A stretch of 64,000 nucleotides of DNA from Camelus dromedarius (taxonomy: Eukaryota). The notes beneath the pieces are model-generated. The model did not search any database. It was not told where the DNA came from and worked only from the letters and a program-made list of their open reading frames with translations. Below, in pieces: positions 26,601 through 39,479 of this stretch. Made by a program: the position numbers and the translations under genes. The stretch is from the NCBI RefSeq assembly GCF_036321535.1, contig NC_087436.1, positions 1,922,001 to 1,986,000 on the forward strand, written 5' to 3'. The stretch's first letter is position 1; every line of letters starts with the position of its first letter.

Positions 26601-29400
26601 TGAAGGACGGCTTTCACACACACTTATCTCTCAGAACTGAGCATGTGGAGATACGTTCGTTCATAATTCACAAAGGGAACGGGTTGCGGGAGAAACTTTT
26701 ACTCTGTTTCTCAGTCTGTTTCCTAGTGCCGGTTTGAAGTTCCTGCAGTTTTCACTGTAAAACCGAGTTGGATCTAGTACCTCCCCATATATATGTATGG
26801 ATTGGAGTTTGCAACTGAAAAGAAACTTTGTGTTCCCAACAAGCTAGGTGAAGGACGGCTTTCACACACACTTATCTCTCAGAAATGAGCATGTGGAGAG
26901 ACGTTCGTTCATCTAGCACAAAGGGAACGGGTTTCAGGAGAAACTTTTACTCTGGTTTCTCAGTCTGTTTCCTAGTGCCGGGTTGAAGTTCCTGCAGTTT
27001 TCACTGTAAAACCGAGTTGGAGCTAGTACCTCCCAATATATATTTATGGAGTGGAGTTGGCAACTGAAAAGAAACTTTGTGTTCCCAAAAAGCTAGGTGA
27101 AGGACGGCTTTCACACACACTTATCTCTCAGAACTGAGCATGTGGAGAGACGTTCGTTCACCTAGGAAAAAGGGAACGAGTTGCAGGTGTAACTTTTACT
27201 CTGGTTTCTCAGTATGTTTCCTAGTGCCATTTGGAAGTTCTTGCAGTTTTCACTGTAATACAGAGTTGGAGCTAGTACCTCCCCATATATATGTATGGAG
27301 TGGAGTTTGCAACTGAAAAGAAACTTTGTGTTCCCAAAAAGCTAGGTGAAGGACGGCTTTCACACACACTTATCTCTCAGAACTGAGCATGTGGAGAGAC
27401 GTTCGTTCACCTAGCATAAATGGAATGAGTTGCAGTAGTAACTTTTACTCTGGTTTCCCAGTCTGTATCCTAGTGCCATTTTGAAGTTCTTGCAGTTTTC
27501 ACTGTAATACCGAGTTGGAGCTAGTACTACCCATCAATATGTGTGAAATGGATTTTGCAACTGAAAAGAAACTTTGTGTTCCCAAGAAGCTAGGTAAAGG
27601 ACGGCTTTCACACACACTTATCTCTCAGATCTGATCATGTGGAGAGACGTTCGTTTATAAAGCAAAAGGGAACGGGTTGCAGGAGAAAGTTTTACTCTGT
27701 TTCTCAGTCTGTTTCCTAGTGCCCGTTTGAAGTTCCTGCAGTTTTCACTGTAAAACCGGGTTGGAGCTAGTACTTCCCCATATATATGTATGGAGTGGAG
27801 TTTGCAACTGAAAAGAAACTTTGTGTTCCCAACAAGCTAGGTGAAGGACGGCTTTCACACACACTTATATCTCAGAAATGAGCATGTGGAGAAACGTTCG
27901 TTCATCTAGCACAAAGGGAACGGGTTGCAGGTTAAACTTTTACTCTGGTTTCTCAGTCTGTTTCCTAGTGCCGGTTTGAACTTCCTGCAGTTTTCACTGT
28001 AAAACCGTGTTGGATCTAGTATCTCCCCATATATATTTATGGAGAGGAGTTTACAACTGAAAAGAAACTTTGTGTTCCCAACAAGCTAGGTGAAGTGCGG
28101 CTTTCACACCCAATTATCTCTCAGAATTGAGCATGTGGAGAGTCAATATTTCATCTAGCACAAAGGGAAATGGTTGCAGGAGAAACTTTTACTATGGTTT
28201 CTCAGTCTGTTTCCTAGTGCCGGTTTGAAGTTCCTGCAGTTTTCATTTTAAAACCGAGTTGGGGCAAGTACCTACCCTTATATATGTATGGAATGGAGTT
28301 TGCATCTGAAAAGAAACTTTGTGTTCCCAAGAAGCAAGGTGAAGGACGGCTTTCACACACACTTATCTCTCAGAACTGAGCATGTGGAGAGACGTTCGTT
28401 CATCTAGCACAAAGGGAAAGTGTTGCAGGAGAAAATTTTACTCTGGTTTCTCAATTTTTTTCCTAGTGCCGGTTTGAAGTTCCTGCAGTATTCACTGTAA
28501 ACCCGAGTTGGAGCTAGTACATCCCCATATATATGTATGGAGTGTAGTTTGCAACTGAAAAGAAACATGTGTTCCCAACAAGCTAGTTGAAGGACGGCTT
28601 TCACACACACTTATCTCTCAGAAATGAGCATGTGGAGAGACGTTCGTTCATCAAGCACAAAGGGAAAGGGTTGCAGGAGAAACTTTTACTCTGTTTCTCA
28701 GTCTGTTTCCTAGTGCCGGTTTGAAGTTCCTGCAGTTTTCACTGTAAAACCGAGTTGGAGCTAGTACCTCCCCATATATATGTATGGAGTGGAGTTTGCA
28801 ACTGAAAAGAAACTTTGTGTTCCCAACAAGCTAGGTGAAGGACGGCTTTCAGACACAATTATCTCTCAGAATTGAGCATGTGGAGAGTCATTCGTTCATC
28901 TAGCACAAAGGGAACGGTTTGCAGGAGAAACTTTTACTCTGGATTCTCAGTCTGTTTCCTAGTGCCGGTTTGAAGTTCCTGCAGTTTTCACTGTAAAACC
29001 GAGTTGGAGCTAGTACCAACCCATATATATGTGTGGAGTGGAGTTTGCAACTGAAAAGAAACTTTGTGTTCCCAACAAGCTAGGTGAAGGACGGCTTTCA
29101 CACACACTTATCTCTCAGAAATGAGCATGTGGAGAGACGTTCGTTCATCTAGCAAAAAGGGAACAGGTTGCAGGAGAAACTCTTACTCTGGTTTCTCAGA
29201 CTGTTTCCTAGTGCCAGTTTGAAGTTCCTGCACTTTTCACTGTAAAACAGATTTGGAGCTAGTACCTCCCCATATATATGTATGGAGTGGAGTTTGCAAC
29301 TGAAAAGAAACTTTGTGTTACCAAGAAGCTAGGTGAAGGACGGCTTTCACACACACTTATCTCTCAGAACTGAGCATGTGGAGAGACGTTCGTTCATCAA
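17700..29400 (+). repeat. Higher-order-repeat-like domain, 12/13-mer unit (2980/3229 bp), ~3.5 imperfect copies, last copy expanded to ~15-mer
   Basis: The marker TTTCTCAATTTTTTTCC lies near 18520, 21750, 24730 and 28450. ORF offsets: 18471-21700 (3229), 21700-24680 (2980), 19960-22940 (2980), 22940-26168 (3228), 24680-28404 (3724). Confidence 0.9.
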
Positions 29401-32400
29401 GCACAAAAGGAACGGGCTGCAGGAAAACTTTTACTCTGTTTCTCAGTCTGTTTCCTAGTGCCGGTTTGAAGTTCCTGCAGTTTTCATTGTAAAACCGAGC
29501 TGGAGCTAGTACCTCCCAATATATATGTATGGAGTGGAGTTTGCAACTGAAAAGAAACATGTGTTCCCAACAAGCTAGTTGAAGGACGGCTTTCACACAC
29601 ACTTATCTCTCAGAAATGAGCATGTGGAGAGACGTTCGTTCATCAAGCACAAAGGGAACGGGTTGCAGGAGACACTTTTTCTCTGTTTTCTCAGTCTGTT
29701 TCCTAGTGCCGGTTTGAAGTTCCTGCAGTTTTCACTGTAAAACCGAGTTGGAGCTAGTACCTCCCCATATATATGTATGGAGTGGAGTTTGCAACTGAAA
29801 AGAAACTTTGTGTTCCCAACAAGCTAGTTGGAGGACGGCTTTCACACACACTTATCTCTCAGAAATGAGCATGTGGAGAGACGTTCGTTCATCTAGCACA
29901 AAGGGAACGGGTTGCAGGTTAAACTTTTACTCTGGTTTCTCAGTCTGTTTCCTAGTGCCGGTTTGAAGTTCCTGCAGTTTTCACTGTAAAACCGTGTTGG
30001 AGCTTGTACCACCCCATATATATTTATGGAGAGGAGTTTACAACTGAAAAGAAACTTTGTGTTCCCAACAAGCTAGGTGAAGTGCGGCTTTCACACCCAA
30101 TTATCTCTCAGAACTGAGCATGTGGAGAGTCATTCGTTCATCTAGCACAAAGTGAAAGGGTTGCAGGAGAAACTTTTACCATGGTTTCTCAGTCTGTTTC
30201 CTATTGTCGGTTTGAAGTTCCTGCAGTTTTCATTGTAAAACCGAGTTCGGGCTATTACCTACCCTTATATATGTATGGAATGGAGTTTGCATCTGAAAAG
30301 AAACTTTGTGTTCCCAACAAGGTAGTTGAAGACGGCTTTCACACACAATTATCTCTCAGAAATGAGCATGTGGAGAGAAGTTCGTTCATCTAGCACAAAG
30401 GGAACGGGTTGCAGGAGAAAGTTATTCTCTGGTTTCTCAGTCTGTTTCCTAGTGCCGGGTTGAAGTTCCTGCAGTTTTCACTGTAAAACAGAGTTTGGGC
30501 TTGTACCTCCCCATATATATATATGGAGTGGAGTATGCAACTGAAAAGAAACTTTGTGTTCCCAACAAGCTTGGTGAAGGACGGCTTTCACACACAATTA
30601 TCTCTCAGAAATGAGCATGTGGAGAGACGTTCGTTCATCTAGCCCAAAGGGAACGGGTTGCAGATTAAACTTTTACTCTGGTTTCTCAGTCTGTTTCCTA
30701 GTGCCGGTTTGAAGTTCCTGCAGTTTTCACTGTAAAACCGTGTTGGAGCTTGTACCTCCCCAAATACATTTATGGAGAGGAGTTTACAACTGAAAAGAAA
30801 CTTTGTGTTCCCAACAAGCTAGGTGAAGTGCGGCTTTCACACCCAATTATCTCTGAGAACTGAGCATGTGGAGAGTCATTCGTTCATCTAGCACAAAGTG
30901 AAAGGGTTGCAGGAGAAACTTTTACTATGGTTTCTCAGTCTGTTTCCTAGTGTCGGTTTGAAGTTCCTGCAGTTTTCATTTTAAAACCGAGTTGGGGCTA
31001 GTACCTACCCTTATATATGTATGGAATGGAGTTTGCATCTGAAAAGAAACTTTGTGTTCCCAACAAGGTAGTTGAAGACGGCTTTCACACACAATTATCT
31101 CTCAGAACTGAGCATGTGGAGAGAGGTTCGTTCATCTAGCACAAAGGGAACGGGTTGCAGGAGAAAGTTATTCTCTGGTTTCTCAGTCTGATTCCTAGTG
31201 CCATTTTGAAGTTCTTGCAGTTTTCACTGTAATACCGAGTTGGAGCTAGTACCTCCCCATAAATATGTGTGGAGTGGAATTTGCAACTGAAAAGAAACTT
31301 TGTGTTCCCAACAAGCTAGGTGAAGGACGGCTTTCACACACAATTATCTCTCAGAACTGAGCATGTGGAGAGTCGTTCGTTCATCTAGCACAAATGGAAC
31401 GGGTTTCAGGAGAAAGAATTACTCTGGTTTCTCAGTCTGTTTCCTATTGCCGGTTTGAAGTTAATGAATATTTCACTGTAAAACCGAGTTGGAGCTAGTA
31501 CCTCCCCATATATATGTATGGAGTGGAGTTTGCAACTGAAAAGAAACATGTGTTCCCAACAAGCTAGTTGAAGGACGGCTTTCACACACATTTATCTCTC
31601 AGAAATGAGCATGTGGAGAGACGTTCGTTCATCAAGCACAAAGGGAACGGGTTGCAGGAGAAATTTTACTCTGTTTCTCAGTCTGTTTCCTAGTGCCGGT
31701 TTGAATTTCCTGCAGTTTTCACAATAAAACCGAGTTGGGGCTAGTACCTCCCAATATATATTTATGGAGTGGAGTTTGCAACTGAAAAGAAACTTTGTGT
31801 TCCCAAAAAGCTAGGTGAAGGACGGCTTTCACACACACTTATCTCTCAGAAATGAGCATGTGGAGAGACGTTCGTTCATCAAGCACAAATGGAACGGGTT
31901 GCAGGAGAAACTTTTACTCTGTTTCTCAGTCTGTTTCCTAGTGCCGGTTTGAAGTTCCTGCAGTTTTCACTGTAAAACCGAGTTGGAGCTAGTACCTCCC
32001 CATATATATGTATGGAGTGGTGTTTGCAACTGAAAAGAAACTTTGTGTTCCCAACAAGCTAGGTGAAGGACGGCTTTCACACACACTTATCTCTCAGAAA
32101 TGAGCATGTGGTGAGACGTTCGTTCATCTAGCACAAAGGGAACGGGTTGCAGGTTAAACTTTTACTCTGGTTTCTCAGTCTGTTTCCTAGTTCCGGTTTG
32201 AAGTTCCTGCAGTTTTCACTGTAAAACCGTGTTGGAGCTTGTACCTCCCCATATATATTTATGGAGAGGAGTTTACAACTGAAAAGAAACTTTGTGTTCC
32301 CAACAAGCTAGGTGAAGTGCGGCTTTCACACCCAAATATCTCTCAGAACTTAGCATGTGGAGAGTCATTCGTTCATCTAGCACAAAGTGAAAGGGTTGCA

Positions 32401-35400
32401 GGAGAAACTTTTACTATGGTTTCTCAGTATGTTTCCTAGTGCCATTTGGAAGTTCTTGCAGTTTTCACTGTAATACAGAGTTGGAGCTAGTACCTCCCCA
32501 TATATATGTATGGAGTGGAGTTTGCAACTGAAAAGAAACTTTGTGTTCCCAAAAAGCTAGGTGAAGGACGGCTTTCACACACACTTATCTCTCAGAACTG
32601 AGCATGTGGAGAGACGTTCTTTCACCTAGCATAAATGGAATGAGTTGCAGTAGTAACTTTTACTCTGGTTTCCCAGTCTGTATCCTAGTGCCATTTTGAA
32701 GTTCTTGCAGTTTTCACTGTAATACCGAGTTGGAGCTAGTACTACCCATCAATATGTGTGAAATGGATTTTGCAACTGAAAAGAAACTTTGTGTTCCCAA
32801 GAAGCTAGTTAAAGGACGGCTTTCACACACACTTATCTCTCAGATCTGATCATGTGGAGAGACGTTCGTTTATAAAGCACAAAGGGAACGGGTTGCAGGA
32901 GAAAGTTTTACTCTGTTTCTCAGTCTGTTTCCTAGTGCCCGTTTGAAGATCCTGCAGTTTTCACTGTAAAACCGGGTTGGAGCTAGAACCTCCCCATATA
33001 TATGTATGGAGTGGAGTTTGCAACTGAAAAGAAACTTTGTGTTCCCAACAAGCTAGGTGAAGGACGGCTTTCACACACACTTATCTCTCAGAAATGAGCA
33101 TGTGGAGAGACGTTCGTTCATCTAGCACAAAGGGAACGGTTTGCAGGAGAAACTTTTACTCTGGATTCTCAGTCTGTTTCCTAGTGCCGGTTTGAATTTC
33201 CTGCAGTTTTCACTGTAAAACCGAGTTGGAGCTAGTACCAACCCATATATATGTGTGGAGTGGAGTTTGCAACTGAAAAGAAACTTTGTGTTCCCAACAA
33301 GCTAGGTGAAGGACGGCTTTCACACACACTTATATCTCAGAAATGAGCATGTGGAGAGACGTTCGTTCATCTAGCAAAAAGGGAACAGGTTGCAGGAGAA
33401 ACTCTTACTCTGGTTTCTCAGACTGTTTCCTAGTGCCAGTTTGAAGTTCCTGCACTTTTCACTGTAAAACCGATTTGGAGCTAGTACCTCCCCATATATA
33501 TGTATGGAGAGGAGTTTGCAACTGAAAAGAAACTTTGTGTTACCAAGAAGCTAGGTGAAGGACGGCTTTCACACACACTTATCTCTCAGAACTGAGCATG
33601 TGGAGAGACGTTCGTTCATCAAGCACAAAAGGAACGGGCTGCAGGAAAACTTTTACTCTGTTTCTCAGTCTGTTTCCTAGTGCCGGTTTGAAGTTCCTGC
33701 AGTTTTCATTGTAAAACCGAGCTGGAGCTAGTACCTCCCAATATATATGTATGGAGTGGAGTTTGCAACTGAAAAGAAACATGTGTTCCCAACAAGCTAG
33801 TTGAAGGACGGCTTTCACACACACTTATATCTCAGAAATGAGCATGTGGAGAGACGTTCGTTCATCAAGCACAAAGGGAACGGGTTGCAGGAGAATCTTT
33901 TACTCTGTTTCTCAGTCTGTTTCCTAGTGCCGGTTTGAAGTTCCTGCAGTTTTCACTGTAAAACCGTGTTGGAGCTTGTACCACCCCATATATATTTATG
34001 GAGAGGAGTTTACAACTGAAAAGAAACTTTGTGTTCCCAACAAGCTAGGTGAAGTGCGGCTTTCACACCCAATTATCTCTCAGAACTGAGCATGTGGAGA
34101 GTCATTCGTTCATCTAGCACAAAGTGAAAGGGTTGCAGGAGAAACTTTTACCATGGTTTCTCAGTCTGTTTCCTATTGTCGGTTTGAAGTTCCTGCAGTT
34201 TTCATTGTAAAACCGAGTTTGGGCTAGTACCTACCCTTATATATGTATGGAATGGAGTTTGCATCTGAAAAGAAACTTTGTGTTCCCAACAAGGTAGTTG
34301 AAGACGGCTTTCACACACAATTATCTCTCAGAACTGAGCATGTGGAGAGAAGTTCGTTCATCTAGCACAAAGGGAACGGGTTGCAGGAGAAAGTTATTCT
34401 CTGGTTTCTCAGTCTGTTTCCTAGTGCCGGGTTGAAGTTCCTGCAGTTTTCACTGTAAAACAGAGTTTGGGCTTGTACCTCCCCATATATATATATGGAG
34501 TGGAGTTTGCAACTGAAAAGAAACTTTGTGTTCCCAACAAGCTTGGTGAAGGACGGCTTTCACACACAATTATCTCTCAGAAATGAGCATGTGGAGAGAC
34601 GTTCGTTCATCTAGCACAAAGGGAACGGGTTGCAGGTTAAACTTTTACTCTGGTTTCTCAGTCTGTTTCCTAGTGCCGGTTTGAAGTTCCTGCAGTTTTC
34701 ACTGTAAAACCGTGTTGCAGCTTGTACCTCCCCATATATATTTATGGAGAGGAGTTTACAACTGAAAAGAAACTTTGTGTTCCCAACAAGCTAGGTGAAG
34801 TGCGGCTTTCACACCCAATTATCTCTCAGAACTGAGCATGTGGAGAGTCATTCGTTCATCTAGCACAAAGTGAAAGGGTTGCAGGAGAAACTTTTACTAT
34901 GGTTTCTCAGTCTGTTTCCTAGTGTCGGTTTGAAGTTCCTGCAGTTTTCATTGTAAAACCGAGTTCGGGCTAGTACCTACCCTTATATATGTATGGAATG
35001 GAGTTTGCATCTGAAAAGAAACTTTGTGTTCCCAACAAGGTAGTTGAAGACGGCTTTCACACACAATTATCTCTCAGAACTGAGCATGTGGAGAGAGGTT
35101 CGTTCATCTAGCACAAAGGGAACGGGTTGCAGGAGAAAGTTATTCTCTGGTTTCTCAGTCTGTTTCCTAGTGCCGGGTTGAAGTTCCTGCAGTTTTCACT
35201 GTAAAACAGAGTTTGGGCTTGTACCTCCCCATATATATATATGGAGTGGAGTTTGCAACTGAAAAGAAACTTTGTGTTCCCAACAAGCTACGTGAAGGAC
35301 GGCTTTCACACACAATTATCTCTCAGAACTGAGCATGTGGAGAGACGTTCGTTCACCTAGCAAAAATGGAACGAGTTGCATGAGTAACTATTACTCTGGT

Positions 35401-37300
35401 TTCTCTGTCTGATTCCTAGTGCCATTTTGAAGTTCTTGCAGTTTTCACTGTAATACCGAGTTGGAGCTAGTACCTCCCCATAAATATGTGTGGAGTGGAA
35501 TTTGCAACTGAAAAGAAACTTTGTGTTCCCAACTAGCTAGGTGAAGGACGGCTTTCACACACAATTATCTCTCAGAACTGAGCATGTGGAGAGTCGTTCG
35601 TTCATCTAGCACAAAGGGAACGGGTTTCAGGAGAAACAATTACTCTGGTTTCTCAGTCTGTTTCCTATTGCCGGTTTGAAGTTAATGAATATTTCACTGT
35701 AAAACCGAGTTGGAGCTAGTACCTCCCCATATATATGTATGGAGTGGAGTTTGCAACTGCAAAGAAACATGTGTTCCCAACAAGCTAGTTGAAGGACGGC
35801 TTTCACACACATTTATCTCTCAGAAATGAGCATGTGGAGAGACGTTCGTTCATCAAGCACAAAGGGAACGTGTTGCAGGAGAAATTTTACTCTGTTTCTC
35901 AGTCTGTTTCCTAGTGCCGGTTTGAAGTTCCTGCAGTTTTCACAATAAAACCGAGTTGGGGCTAGTACCTCCCAATATATATTTATGGAGTGGAGTTTGC
36001 AACTGAAAAGAAACTTTGTGTTCCCAAAAAGCTAGGTGAAGGACGGCTTTCACACACACTTATCTCTCAGAAATGAGCATGTGGAGAGACGTTCGTTCAT
36101 CAAGCACAAAGGGAACGGGTTGCAGGAGAAACTTTTACTCTGTTTCTCAGTCTGTTTCCTAGTGCCGGTTTGAAGTTCCTGCAGTTTTCACTGTAAAACC
36201 GAGTTGGAGCTAGTACCTCCCCATATATATGTATGGAGTGGTGTTTGCAACTGAAAAGAAACTTTGTGTTCCCAACAAGCTAGGTGAAGGACGGCTTTCA
36301 CACACACTTATCTCTCAGAAATGAGCATGTGGAGAGACGTTCGTTCATCTAGCACAAAGGGAACGGGTTGCAGGTTAAATTTTACTCTGGTTTCTCAATC
36401 TGTTTCCTAGTTCCGGTTTGAAGTTCCTGCAGTTTTCACTGTAAAACAGTGTTGGAGCTTGTACCTCCCCATATATATTTATGGAGAGGAGTTTACAACT
36501 GAAAAGAAACTTTGTGTTCCCAACAAGCTAGGTGAAGTGCGGCTTTCACACACACTTATCTCTCAGAACTTAGCATGTGGAGAGAGGTTCGTTCATCTAG
36601 CACAAAGGGAACGGGTTGCAGGAGAAAGTTATTCTCTGGTTTCTCAGTCTGTTTCCTAGTGCCGGGTTGAAGTTCCTGCAGTTTTCACTGTAAAACAGAG
36701 TTTGGGCATTTACCTCCCCATATATATATATGGGGTGGAGTTTGCAACTGAAAAGAAACTTTGTCTTCCCAACAAGCTATGTGAAGGACGGCTTTCACAC
36801 ACACTTATCTCTCAGAACTGAGCATGTGGAGAGACGTTCGTTCACCTAGCAAAAATGGAACGAGTTGCAGGAGTAACTATTACTCTGGTTTCTCTGTCTG
36901 TTTCCTAGTGCCATTTTGAAGTTCTTGCAGTTTTCACTGTAATACCGAGTTGGAGCTAGTACCTCCCCATAAATATGTGTGGAGTGGAATTTGCTACTGA
37001 AAAGAAACTTTGTGTTCCCAACAAGCTAGGTGAAGGACGGCTTTCACACACAATTATCTCTCAGAACTGAGCAAGTGGAGAGTCGTTCGTTCATCTAGCA
37101 CAAAGGGAAGGTGATTCAGGAGAAACATTTACTCTGGTTTCTCAGTCTGTTTCCTATTGCCGGTTTGAAATTAATGAAGATTTCACTGTAAAACCGAGTT
37201 GGAGCTAGTACCTCCCCATATATATGTATGGAGTGGAGTTTGCAACTGAAAAGAAACATGTGTTCCCAACAAGCTAGTTGAAGGACGGCTTTCACACACA
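28900..37300 (+). repeat. Duplication at ~17-monomer offset (~4221 bp): ~28900-32400 vs ~33120-36600; a related third copy at ~41570-45350
   Basis: ORF offsets: 29357/33579 (4222), 31406/35627 (4221), 32239/36459 (4220). Shared markers CACAATAAAACC, GGAGTGGTGTTTG and TACCATGG. Confidence 0.85.
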
Positions 37301-39479
37301 CTTATCTCTCAGAAATGAGCATGTGGAGAGACGTTCGTTCATCAAGCACAAAGGGAACGGGTTGCAGGAGAAACTTTTACTCTGTTTCTCAGTCTGTTTC
37401 CTAGTGCCGGTTTGAAGTTCCTGCAGTTTTCACTGTAAAACCGAGTTGGAGCTAGTACCTCCCCATATATATTTATGGAGTGGAGTTTGCAACTGAAAAG
37501 AAACTTTGTGTTCCCAACAAGCTAGGTGAAGGACGGCTTTCAGACACAATTATCTCTCAGAATTGAGCATGTGGAGAGTCATTCGTTCATCTAGCACAAA
37601 GGGAACGGTTTGCAGGAGAAACTTTTACTCTGGATTCTCAGTCTGTTTCCTAGTGCCGGTTTGAAGTTCCTGCAGTTTTCACTGTAAACCCGAGTTGGAG
37701 CTAGTACCAACCCATATATATGTATGGAGTGGAGTTGGCAACTGAAAAGAAACTTTGTGTTCCCAACAAGCTAGGTGAAGGACGGCTTTCACACACACTT
37801 ATCTCTCAGAAATGAGCATGTGGAGAGACGTTCGTTCATCTAGCACAAAGGGAACGGGTTTCAGGAGAAACTTTTACTCTGGTTTCTCAGTCTGTTTCCT
37901 AGTGCCGGTTTGAAGTTCCTGCAGTTTTCACTGTAAAACCGAGTTGGAGCTAGTACCTCCCAATATATATTTATGGAGTGGAGTTGGCAACTGAAAATAA
38001 ACTTTGTGTTCCCAAAAAGCTAGGTGAAGGACGGCTTTCACACACACTTATCTCTCAGAACTGAGCATGTGGAGAGACGTTCGTTCACCTAGGAAAAAGG
38101 GAACGAGTTGCAGGTGTAACTTTTACTCTGGATTCTCAGTATGTTTCCTAGTGCCATTTGGAAGTTCTTGCAGTTTTCACTGTAATACAGAGTTGGAGCT
38201 AGTACTACCCATATATATGTATGGAGTGGAGTTTGCAACTGAAAAGAAACTTTGTGTTCCCAAAAAGCTAGGTGAAGGACGGCTTTCACACACACTTATC
38301 TCTCAGAACTGAGCATGTGGAGAGACGTTCGTTCACCTAGCAAAAATGGAATGAGTTGCAGTGGTAACTTTTACTCTGGTTTCCCAGTCTGTATCCTAGT
38401 GCCATTTTGAAGTTCTTGCAGTTTTCACTGTAATACCGATTTGGAGCTTGTACTTCCCATCAATATGTGTGAAATGGATTTTGCAACTGAAAAGAAACTT
38501 TGTGTTCCCAAGAAGCTAGGTGAAGGACGGCTTTCACACACACTTATCTCTCAGATCTGATCATGTGGAGAGACGTTCGTTTATAAAGCACAAAGGGAAC
38601 GGGTTGCAGGAGAAAGTTTTACTCTGTTTCTCAGTCTGTTTCCTAGTGCCCGTTTGAAGTTCCTGCAGTTTTCACTGTAAAACCGGGTTGGAGCTAGTAC
38701 CTCCCCATATATATGTATGGAGTGGAGTTTGCAACTGAAAAGAAACTTTGTGTTCCCAACAAGCTAGGTGAAGGACGGCTTTCACACACACATATCTCTC
38801 AGAAATGAGCATGTGGAGAGACTTTCGTTCATCAAGCACAAAGGGAACGTGTTGCAGGAGAAACTTTTACTCTGTTTCTCAGTCTGTTTCCTAGTGCCGG
38901 TTTGAAGTTCCTGCAGTTTTCACTGTAAAACCGAGTTGGAGCTAGTACCTCCCCATATATATGTATGGAGTGGAGTTTGCAACTGAAAAGAAACTTTGTG
39001 TTCCCAACAAGCTAGGTGAAGGACGGCTTTCAGACACAATTATCTCTCAGAATTGAGCATGTGGAGAGTCATTCGTTCATCTAGCACAAAGGGAACGGTT
39101 TGCAGGAGAAACTTTTACTCTGGATTCTCAGTCTGTTTCCTAATGCCGGTTTGAAGTTCCTGCCGTTTTCACTGTAAAACCGAGTTGGAGCTAGTACCAA
39201 CCCATATATATGTGTGAAATGGATTTTGCAACTGAAAAGAAACTTTGTGTTCCCAAGAAGCTAGGTGAAGGACGGCTTTCACACACACTTATCTCTCAGA
39301 TCTGATCATGTGGAGAGACGTTCGTTTATAAAGCACAAAGGGAACGGGTTGCAGGAGAAAATTTTACTCTGTTTCTCAGTCTGTTTCCTAGTGCCCGTTT
39401 GAAGTTCCTGCAGTTTTCACTGTAAAACCGGGTTGGAGCTTGTACCTCCCCATATATATGTATGGAGTGGAGTTTGCAA

